Positions 48,230 to 55,827 of a stretch of DNA of 64,000 nt are shown piece after piece. The position numbers and the translations under genes are program-made. How positions within the stretch are numbered: position 1 is the first letter of the stretch; the number at the start of each line of letters is the position of its first letter. The stretch is taken from positions 1,184,001 to 1,248,000 of the forward strand of contig OZ255842.1 in the NCBI GenBank assembly GCA_965277805.1, read 5' to 3'. The notes beneath the pieces are model-generated. The model did not search any database, was not told where the DNA came from, and saw only the letters and a program-made list of their open reading frames with translations. The stretch comes from Candidatus Lustribacter sp. (GTDB lineage: Bacteria > Vulcanimicrobiota > Vulcanimicrobiia > Vulcanimicrobiales > Vulcanimicrobiaceae).

Positions 48230-48586
48230 TCAGCGGTTGCCGCGGCGCCGGTCGGTGAGGATGATCGGCGGCGCGTGTTCTTGACACGGTTCGGCGGTGA
48301 CGCCGGCGGGGCCGGCACCGACCGGTTCGAACGCAACGCAGCCGCATTGGAACATCGCCACCAAACGCAAACTTTCGGATCCGTCGACGATGACTTCGAG
48401 CGACGTTCGCTCGGCCCGAATGCGGCGCGCGAGGTGCGCGATCGTGCGCAGGTCGGAGCGCCGGCGCGGCTGTTCGCGCCGGTCGCTGCGGTCGCGGCGT
48501 TCTTCCGTAAGCGCGGCACCGAGGCTGAGGGCGGTGGACGGCACAAGGCCCCGCCGCTCAGAAGCGCGGCGATCAAACGTAGTCAT
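48230..48586 (-). CDS. Small hypothetical protein with repeated DRR/ERR motifs and CxC...CxxH
   Basis: Fills gap between genes, co-oriented 21 bp upstream of TPR/ATP-grasp gene. Confidence 0.6.
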   Translation of the reverse strand: MTTFDRRASERRGLVPSTALSLGAALTEERRDRSDRREQPRRRSDLRTIAHLARRIRAERTSLEVIVDGSESLRLVAMFQCGCVAFEPVGAGPAGVTAEPCQEHAPPIILTDRRRGNR

Positions 48587-48642
48587 CGGACGCTCGCTAT
48601 TCGCCCGGGAAAGGCCGGGTCCTAGGGGGTATCTACCCGGCG

Positions 48643-49185
48643 ATGTGGTGGCGTCCGGTGCTCCTTGCCGTCATCGTTGCGCTGGCCGCCGGTCCCGCCG
48701 GGGCGTCGAGTTTCACCATCGTCACGTCGGCGTTTCTCGACGGCGGCGACATCCCCAAAACCGATGCCGCCGGCGCCGATTCGTGCGGCGGGCGCAACCT
48801 GTCGCCCCCGCTCCACTTCACCGGTTTTCCGGCGAGCACGCGCAGCTTCGCGGTCGTGGTCTTCGACACCGATGCCGGCCACGGGCACGGCTTCACGCAT
48901 TGGGTCGCATACGGCATACCGCCGTCGATGACGAGCTTGCCGCCCGGCTTCGGTTCCGCGGCCGCCCCGGGGTTTACCGGCGGCGCGAACGACGCCGGCA
49001 CCACCCTGTACTTCGGCCCGTGTCCGCCGCACGGCGATCCGCCGCATCATTACGTCTTCACCGCCTACGCGCTCGACCTCGCGCCGGGACGATTGCCCGC
49101 CGGCCTATCGCGGGCCGCCCTGCTGCACGCCATCGCAACCCACACGCTCGCCCAAGCCGTAATCACCGGCCGCTACGCGCGCTAA
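48643..49185 (+). CDS. YbhB/YbcL (PEBP) family exported protein
   Basis: NLSPPL, FDTDA, FTHW, YFGPCPP, HHYVF. Confidence 0.93.
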   Translation: MWWRPVLLAVIVALAAGPAGASSFTIVTSAFLDGGDIPKTDAAGADSCGGRNLSPPLHFTGFPASTRSFAVVVFDTDAGHGHGFTHWVAYGIPPSMTSLPPGFGSAAAPGFTGGANDAGTTLYFGPCPPHGDPPHHYVFTAYALDLAPGRLPAGLSRAALLHAIATHTLAQAVITGRYAR

Positions 49186-49192
49186 AGCCCAG

Positions 49193-49216
49193 TGTCATCC
49201 CGAGCTCGTCGAGGGA
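49193..49216 (+). repeat. Short REP-like unit
   Basis: TGTCATCCCGAGCTCGTCGAGGGA. Confidence 0.82.
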
Positions 49217-49234
49217 TAGAGAGAGACCACCATC

Positions 49235-49999
49235 TTGGAACTTGGAATTCGTGGACGGCTTGCACTCGTGACGGGCGCGAGCTCGGGTTTGGGGCGCGCG
49301 TGCGCGTTGGCCTTAGCGGCTGAGGGCGCGCGCCTCGCGATCGGCGCGCGGCGCATGGAACTGCTCGAAGAAGTTGCCGCCGAAGCGCGCACGGCCGGCA
49401 GCCCCGACGCGCAGGCGTACGCGCTCGATCTAGCCGATCCGGCGTCGATCGATGCGATGCTCGCGGCGATGCGCGACCGCCAAGGCGACGCGGAGATCGT
49501 CATCGCGAACAGCGGGCCGCCGAAGGGCGGCGCGGCCGCGAACCTGACGCTCGAGGACTGGGACGCAGCCTACGGGCCCACGATGCGCAGCATGCTGCAG
49601 ATCGTCTACGCGGTCTTGCCGGCGATGCGCGAGCGCAGCTGGGGCCGCATCGTCAACCTCTCGTCGTCGGCGCTCAAGACGCCGATTCCGAACCTCACGC
49701 TCTCGAATGCGTTCCGGGCCGGCTTGCTCGGCGCGCTAAAAACGCTCTCGCGCGAAGTTGCGGCCGACGGCGTGACGATCAACGTCATCGCGACCGGCAA
49801 GATCGAAACCGCCCGTGCGCGTTCGTTTTATGCGGCGCCCGGCTCGTGGGAAAAGCAGCAGGCCGAGATCCCGTTCGGCCGCTTCGGCAAACCCGAAGAA
49901 CTTGCGCCGCTCGTCGCGTTCTTGTGCGGCGAGGGCGCGCGCTATATCAGCGGCACCACGATCTCGATCGACGGCGGCCTCTCACCGACCCTGACGTAA
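49235..49999 (+). CDS. SDR-family oxidoreductase
   Basis: TGASSGLG, NSGPP, SNAFRAG, IDGG. Confidence 0.92.
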   Translation: MELGIRGRLALVTGASSGLGRACALALAAEGARLAIGARRMELLEEVAAEARTAGSPDAQAYALDLADPASIDAMLAAMRDRQGDAEIVIANSGPPKGGAAANLTLEDWDAAYGPTMRSMLQIVYAVLPAMRERSWGRIVNLSSSALKTPIPNLTLSNAFRAGLLGALKTLSREVAADGVTINVIATGKIETARARSFYAAPGSWEKQQAEIPFGRFGKPEELAPLVAFLCGEGARYISGTTISIDGGLSPTLT

Positions 50000-50001
50000 A
50001 T

Positions 50002-50577
50002 TTAACTCTGCGCGGCGGGCGCGTCGTTCTCCGGCAGCGGGCTATTTTTCCCGCGCACGGTGGGCGTGGCCGGGGTTTCGGGCGAGGTATCGCGGCCGTT
50101 CAGTACGACCATTGCGCCGGCAACGCCGCCCGCCAGGGTCAACGCGAAAAGGAAGGGGTGGCGCAACGTTTGACGCGTTCCGAGGACCTGGTCGAGCGAG
50201 AGCGCGCCGAAGTCGCTCGCAGCGAACGTCAACGCCGCGGCGGAATAGACGAAGGGTACTTCGATGCCGCCTTGTTGCGCGAAAAACCCATTTTTTGCGT
50301 GCACGCTCTCCTGCGCGACGATCATGCCGGAGATCAGCATCGAGGGACCTATCGGACCGCCGAGCCCCAGAGCAATCAGCACACCCGACGCGATCTCATT
50401 CCACGAGGCGAGCGGAGCGTACGTCGTCCCGGGCCGGAATCCCAGGCCGTGCATCATTTCGGCAGCCTTCTCCGGACCCGGTCCGCCGAACCAACCCAGG
50501 GCCTTTTGGGCGCCGTGCGCTGCCATGGCGCCCCCTACGGCCAGCCGAGCACCCAACAGTGCAATATCTCGTATCAT
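50002..50577 (-). CDS. DoxX family membrane protein
   Basis: HGAQKALGWFGG, GGIEVP. Confidence 0.9.
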   Translation of the reverse strand: MIRDIALLGARLAVGGAMAAHGAQKALGWFGGPGPEKAAEMMHGLGFRPGTTYAPLASWNEIASGVLIALGLGGPIGPSMLISGMIVAQESVHAKNGFFAQQGGIEVPFVYSAAALTFAASDFGALSLDQVLGTRQTLRHPFLFALTLAGGVAGAMVVLNGRDTSPETPATPTVRGKNSPLPENDAPAAQS

Positions 50578-50783
50578 CAGGGCTCAAATCTACCCAGGCA
50601 GGGGTTGACTTGCAACTTCTTTCCGACTTTTGTGTTATGATCCACGCTACCAGACGTGGCCCGAGTGCCGGCCTGTTCTGGGGTCAAGTTGTCAGAGTGG
50701 TCTTGTTGCATTAACAGTTCCAGGAACGGCGAGTTGAGTTGAATGGCACTCATAACGTAAATCGAGTCCTGGAGTTCAAGACC

Positions 50784-51131
50784 ATGTATACAGACGAAAC
50801 CCTCAACTGCGTTGATTGCAACGCACCTTTTACCTTTAGTGCGGGCGAACAAGAGTTCTTCGCAGCGAAGGGCTTCACGAACAAACCCAACCGTTGCCCC
50901 GATTGCCGCGCGGCCCGCAAGGCCCAGCGTGCAGGCGCCGGCGGCGGCGGCGGGAGCTACTCCGGCGGCGGCGGCTACGGCGGCGGCGGCGGAGCGCGTC
51001 CCCAACGCGAGATGTTCGAAGTGACTTGCAGCAACTGCGGCGGAAAGGCCACCGTGCCGTTCCAACCGCGTGGCGACAAGCCGGTCTACTGCCGCGATTG
51101 CTTCCAATCGCGTAGCGGTTCGTACCGCTAA
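50784..51131 (+). CDS. Zinc-ribbon / CxxC-x17-CxxC domain protein with Gly-rich linker
   Basis: CVDC..FSAGEQEFF..PNRCPDC; CSNC..VPFQP..PVYCRDCF; GGAG SD. Confidence 0.92.
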   Translation: MYTDETLNCVDCNAPFTFSAGEQEFFAAKGFTNKPNRCPDCRAARKAQRAGAGGGGGSYSGGGGYGGGGGARPQREMFEVTCSNCGGKATVPFQPRGDKPVYCRDCFQSRSGSYR

Positions 51132-51156
51132 GTTCTCGCCGAACGGCGAAAGCAGC

Positions 51157-51195
51157 GAAGGGCCCGTCTCACTCCGGTGAGCGGGCCCTTTTCTT
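51157..51195 (+). terminator. Intrinsic terminator (possibly bidirectional)
   Basis: GAAGGGCCCG..CTCAC / GTGAG.CGGGCCCTTTT stem. Confidence 0.85.
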
Positions 51196-51901
51196 ATTCC
51201 GCCGACAACGCGCGCACCGCAGCCTCGACCTGCGCATTCGCCGGATCGTACAACGCCTCTCCAAACCGCGCCACGATCGACCAATTGTCGTCCCGAGCAA
51301 AGCGCCGTGAGCCGCGTCGTCGAGAGACCGCCACGAGCGCATACTGAAATCCCAGCGGTACGACAGCCACGCGCACGCCGGCTTCACGCTGCGCTAAAGC
51401 AATGATCCGTTCGTAGCCGCGTTCGAACGGCAGAAACGCATCGTCGCCGGCTTTACGCGCGAACGCCGGATCGACGTTCGGATAACCTTCGGGAAACACG
51501 GCGACGACGCGGCCCGCGCGCAACAGACCGACCGCCTCGCGCACACCGCTGCGCGTGTAGCGCGCCAGCTCGCCGCGATCGTATCCGCCGCGCTCGCCGA
51601 GCGTCGCCGCGCGCAGCACGATCGGCCACTGCACGGCGCGGCACGCGCGTTCCATCCAGCGTCGCTGCGTCGCATTCTCGGTCCAATCCAAGCCGACCAC
51701 GATGTGCACGGGCCGCGGCACGTAGCGTACGAGCACCGCGCCATCGAGTAGGTGGTGGAAGTGCCGCGCGACGATCATCACCGGTCCGGCGGATGGAATG
51801 TGTCCGAGCCCTTCGACGCGTACGGCGCCGGCTTGCGTCGCCAGCGCCCAGCGCGCGATCGCCGCGGTGCCGATCGTGCCCCACGGCGGATAACGCGTCA
51901 C
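51194..51901 (-). CDS. PlsC-like acyltransferase, probable carotenoid glycoside acyltransferase
   Basis: VEGLGHIP..GPV, RHFHHLLDG (HxxxxD), VFPEG; last gene of cruG-cruF operon. Confidence 0.8.
   Translation of the reverse strand: MTRYPPWGTIGTAAIARWALATQAGAVRVEGLGHIPSAGPVMIVARHFHHLLDGAVLVRYVPRPVHIVVGLDWTENATQRRWMERACRAVQWPIVLRAATLGERGGYDRGELARYTRSGVREAVGLLRAGRVVAVFPEGYPNVDPAFARKAGDDAFLPFERGYERIIALAQREAGVRVAVVPLGFQYALVAVSRRRGSRRFARDDNWSIVARFGEALYDPANAQVEAAVRALSAE
51286..51336 (+). repeat. 51-nt REP-like unit embedded in-frame in acyltransferase
   Basis: 44/51 identical to intergenic copy 24066-24116. Confidence 0.85.
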
Positions 51902-52725
51902 GCGCGCGAACGGCGCGCGCCGGCGAAGGCGAACGCCGCCGGCAGCAAGCTCACGAGTATGGCGGCGATCGCGGTCGGCCACATGCCCGCCGCCACGCTG
52001 AGGATCATCGACCAGACGATGTTGATCGCATACACCGTGTACGGAACGGCCGGCGAGATCGCGGGCGCGCGGCGTTCGTTCCACGCCAGCCGTCCCACGG
52101 TGATGAAGATGAGGCCGGTACCGAACCAGCCGGCGAGATTGCGCAACGGCATCCCGAAGTACGGCCCCGTTTCGTGCCAGACCCAGAAGTGGATGTATTG
52201 CAGGCTCGGCGCGGCCATCGACGGATCGAGCACGAGATCCCAACTCACGAGCAGCCACGTTCCGAGTAAGACCGACCATACGATGCGGCCGGCGACGATC
52301 GCATCGGCGAGGATCAGCGACGCGAATCCCATGTAGAACCACGACAGGGGAATCGCCGCCGGTACGCGGCCGAGCAATTTCGGCCCGAGAAAATTCGTGT
52401 ACTCGTAGCCGCCGAACGGCCAGCCCGTTTTCGTGCCGGTCAGCTCGGCCGTGGCCGAAATGATCGTGGCGGCGCAGAAGAAGAGCAGCGTGCGGCGCGC
52501 GCCGAGTTTCCAGCAGCCGAAGGCAAGCATCGCGGCCGTGCCGAGGAAGATTCCCGTTCCGCCGGTGTTGGTTATCGCCGATGCGTAGAACGACATCGCG
52601 GGCACATTACCGGCAAAGAGCTGGGGATGCGGGATCGCAACGAGCAGTCCGAACAGACCGAAGATCATCGCGAGCCCGTGCAGCACGACGAGACTCCAGG
52701 TGATGATCCCGCCGGCGCGCGTCAC
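51898..52725 (-). CDS. cruF: CruF-like carotenoid 1,2-hydratase
   Basis: ELTGTKTGWPFGGY, IPLSWF, WDLVLDP, GMPLRNLAGW. Confidence 0.82.
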   Translation of the reverse strand: MTRAGGIITWSLVVLHGLAMIFGLFGLLVAIPHPQLFAGNVPAMSFYASAITNTGGTGIFLGTAAMLAFGCWKLGARRTLLFFCAATIISATAELTGTKTGWPFGGYEYTNFLGPKLLGRVPAAIPLSWFYMGFASLILADAIVAGRIVWSVLLGTWLLVSWDLVLDPSMAAPSLQYIHFWVWHETGPYFGMPLRNLAGWFGTGLIFITVGRLAWNERRAPAISPAVPYTVYAINIVWSMILSVAAGMWPTAIAAILVSLLPAAFAFAGARRSRA

Positions 52726-53867
52726 GGTTTGTTCTCAGCGAGCACGAGCTCGCGGCCGCGCCACGTATGCCGCCGGCGCAAGGTCGATGCGAAGAGCGCG
52801 CCCGCGACCGGCAGATCGGCCAGCGGCGAGAGCCAGTACGTCCACGGTTTCGCAACGTACGCGCGCGCGGCGCCTGCCAGCACGCCGATGCGCACGCACA
52901 CGAGGATCGCGGCGACGTCGAACGTGAGCGAGGACGTCGCCCCGGCGATCGCCAGCGCAATAGCGAGCGGCACCGGCGCAGCTTGCACGAGCAGCACTTC
53001 AGCCAGACCCAACCAGCCGCCGAACGGCGCGAACTGGTCGCGCAACGTGAGCGAGCGCGGCCAGTTGCGCCACGTTTCGGCCGCCGTATCGTACATCTGC
53101 ACGCTCACGAGTTCGCCCGCTTCATAGAAGCCCACCGGCGTGCCGCCGGCGACGAGCGCGCGCGCCAGCGTGACGTCTTCGCAGCGCGATGTCCGCACGC
53201 TGGCGAACGCGCCCTTCGCGATGAGCAGCGCGCGTTCGGCGAGAAAGCACTGGCCGCTGGCTTGCACGTCGGCGACGCGTCGCGCTTCCCGGCCCGGTAA
53301 GCCGAAGCGGTAGACGAGCGTCGCCAGCATCGACGGATGCACGACCGCCATCAGCGGCGTGCCGAGCAGTTGACGAACCGCAACGCTCAGCACGGCGATC
53401 TTGCGGCGTTGCGCGTGCGCTACCATCGCGGCGATCAGCCCGGCGGCCGGGCGCACGTCGGCGTCGATCGTCGCGATCCACTTCGCGCGTGCATCGGACG
53501 CGCGCAAGCCGGCGTCGAGTCCCCACGCTTTCCCGTTCCAGCCGTCCGGGACCGGCGACGCATCGATGACGCGCACGCGCGAACCGGGCGTCGCGAAGTC
53601 GCGCAGCACCGCGATCGTTCCGTCGCGCGAGCCGCCGTCGACGACGAGGATCTCGCCGACCTCGGGACCGGCGCGCAACAGACCGTGCAAGCACGGCGCG
53701 ATGCGCGCGGCCTCGTCGAGCACGGGCACGATCACGCTCACGCTGCCGCCCGGCGGAGCGGTCTGCACCGGAACGATGCGTGTCGCACGCACGCCGCGCA
53801 GCATCCGCACGATGACGGCCGCGCCGAACGCGCCGAGGACGATCGCGCACGCGACGTCGGTGAACAT
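52722..53867 (-). CDS. cruG: CruG-like GT2 carotenoid glycosyltransferase
   Basis: VPVLDE, VDGGSRDGT, GWNGKAWGL, IDAD, LVYRFG, CEDVTLAR, WPRSL. Confidence 0.8.
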   Translation of the reverse strand: MFTDVACAIVLGAFGAAVIVRMLRGVRATRIVPVQTAPPGGSVSVIVPVLDEAARIAPCLHGLLRAGPEVGEILVVDGGSRDGTIAVLRDFATPGSRVRVIDASPVPDGWNGKAWGLDAGLRASDARAKWIATIDADVRPAAGLIAAMVAHAQRRKIAVLSVAVRQLLGTPLMAVVHPSMLATLVYRFGLPGREARRVADVQASGQCFLAERALLIAKGAFASVRTSRCEDVTLARALVAGGTPVGFYEAGELVSVQMYDTAAETWRNWPRSLTLRDQFAPFGGWLGLAEVLLVQAAPVPLAIALAIAGATSSLTFDVAAILVCVRIGVLAGAARAYVAKPWTYWLSPLADLPVAGALFASTLRRRHTWRGRELVLAENKP

Positions 53868-53966
53868 CGCACCTGCGTACCGTCCCGCGGCGGGCAGCCC
53901 CTTCGTGGGCGGCACATCTTGCCGGCGCCCGGGCCGGAGGGATCGCATTGTCGAATGGTCGGGGTA

Positions 53967-55784
53967 ATGACGGTCGAGGCGGGCGTGGTGTCGGATGCGC
54001 TCAAACGGTATTTCGGGTTCGACGCCTTCCGGCCGCTGCAAGAAGCCATCGTCGGCGATGTGCTGGCCGGCCGCGATGTGTTCGCGCTGTTGCCCACCGG
54101 CGGCGGCAAGTCGCTCTGCTATCAGCTGCCCGCGCTGCTCTCGCCCGGCATCACGGTCGTGATCTCGCCGCTCATCGCGCTGATGAAAGACCAGGTCGAC
54201 GCCCTGACGACGGCCGGCATCGCCGCGACGTTCCTCAACTCCTCGCTCGAATACGACGAGGTGCGCGAGCGCATCGACGGTTTGCGGCGCGGCGATTACC
54301 GCTTGCTCTACGTTGCGCCCGAACGCCTCGCGATGCCGTCCTTTGCGGCCGAACTCGCGACCCTGAACGTCACGCGGTTCGCGGTCGACGAAGCGCACTG
54401 CATCAGCGAGTGGGGCCACGACTTCCGGCCCGATTACCGGCGTATCTCCGATCTGCGTCAGCGCTTCGCCGGCGTACCGTTTCTCGCGTTCACCGCCACC
54501 GCGACCGACCGCGTGCGTGCCGATATCGTCGAACGCCTGGCGTTGCGCGATCCGGCCGTGCACGTCGGCAGCTTCAACCGTCCGAACCTCACCTATCGCG
54601 TCACGCGCAAGAAGCGCAGCCCCGAAGCGCTGATCGCGTGGCTCGAAGCGCGGCCGGACGACGCCGGCATCATATACGTCGGCAGCCGCGCCGCCGCCGA
54701 CGACCTCGCGGCGAAGCTGAAGAAGGCCGGCATCGCCGCGCTGCCCTATCACGCCGGGCTCGACGCCGCCAAACGCTCGAAGCATCAGGAACGGTTCATC
54801 CGCGACAAGGCGCGCGTGATCTGCGCGACCGTGGCGTTCGGCATGGGCATCGATAAGAGCAACGTGCGGTTCGTCGTGCACTACGATCTTCCCAAGAGCG
54901 TCGAAGGCTACTACCAAGAGACGGGACGCGCGGGCCGCGACGGCGTGCCGGCCGAGTGTTTGCTGTTCTTCAACCACGGCGACGTTGCCAAGTTCGAGCG
55001 GTTCATCACGGAGAAGGAGAGCGAGGCCGAACGCGACGTCGCGCGCGCGCAGCTCGAGCGGATGACGCGCTATGCGTATTCCAACGACTGCCGCCGGCGC
55101 GATCTGCTGGCGTACTTCGGCGAAGCGTTCACGGAGCTGAACTGCGGCGGGTGCGATAACTGTCTGGAACCGCGTCCGGCCGTCGACGCGACCGAAGCGG
55201 CGCAGAAACTTCTGTCGTGCATCGAGCGCATCCGGCGCTCGTCCGGATTCGGCGTCGGCATCACGCACGTGATCGACGTGCTGCGCGGCGCCGAGAACGA
55301 CAAGATCTGGCGCTGGAATCACGAGCGCCTGACGACCTACGGCATCGGCAAGGATCGCAGCGCGCCGGCGTGGCGCGCGCTGGCCGACGAACTCATCCGG
55401 CTCGGCTACGTCGCGGTCGACGCGCTGCACTTCAACACGGTGTCGGTCACCGCGACGGGCCGCGCGGCCTTGATCGAACGCACGCCGATCGTGGTGCGCG
55501 AGCCGCCTCCGGCTGCCGAGCGCGGCCGCAAGCGTGCGCCGAGTGCGGCTGCCGACGGACCCTACAACGCCGAAGTCTTCCGGGCACTGCGCGATTTGCG
55601 TAAAGAAATTGCCGACGAACGCGACGTCCCGGCCTACGTCGTGTTCAGCGATGCGGTGCTGCGCGCGATGGCCCGCGAACTGCCGCGTACCCCCGCGCAA
55701 TTGCGTAAGATCAGCGGCGTCGGGGAAAAAAAGCTCGCCGACTTCGGCACCCGTTTCCTCGAGGTCATAGCTTCCTCTACATAG
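53967..55784 (+). CDS. recQ: DNA helicase RecQ
   Basis: PTGGGKSLCYQLP, DEAHCISEWGHDFRP, QETGRAGRDG, Zn-binding, RQC, HRDC. Confidence 0.97.
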   Translation: MTVEAGVVSDALKRYFGFDAFRPLQEAIVGDVLAGRDVFALLPTGGGKSLCYQLPALLSPGITVVISPLIALMKDQVDALTTAGIAATFLNSSLEYDEVRERIDGLRRGDYRLLYVAPERLAMPSFAAELATLNVTRFAVDEAHCISEWGHDFRPDYRRISDLRQRFAGVPFLAFTATATDRVRADIVERLALRDPAVHVGSFNRPNLTYRVTRKKRSPEALIAWLEARPDDAGIIYVGSRAAADDLAAKLKKAGIAALPYHAGLDAAKRSKHQERFIRDKARVICATVAFGMGIDKSNVRFVVHYDLPKSVEGYYQETGRAGRDGVPAECLLFFNHGDVAKFERFITEKESEAERDVARAQLERMTRYAYSNDCRRRDLLAYFGEAFTELNCGGCDNCLEPRPAVDATEAAQKLLSCIERIRRSSGFGVGITHVIDVLRGAENDKIWRWNHERLTTYGIGKDRSAPAWRALADELIRLGYVAVDALHFNTVSVTATGRAALIERTPIVVREPPPAAERGRKRAPSAAADGPYNAEVFRALRDLRKEIADERDVPAYVVFSDAVLRAMARELPRTPAQLRKISGVGEKKLADFGTRFLEVIASST

Positions 55785-55827
55785 GGTCCGAGGGGATTCC
55801 AAGGCTCGCGTGTCAGGATAGCGCTCA

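Noticed and set aside
43370-50595. GGGTA(G/T) 10-12 nt before several starts as a SigB/SigF-type promoter
   Set aside because: No consistent -35 element and too few cases
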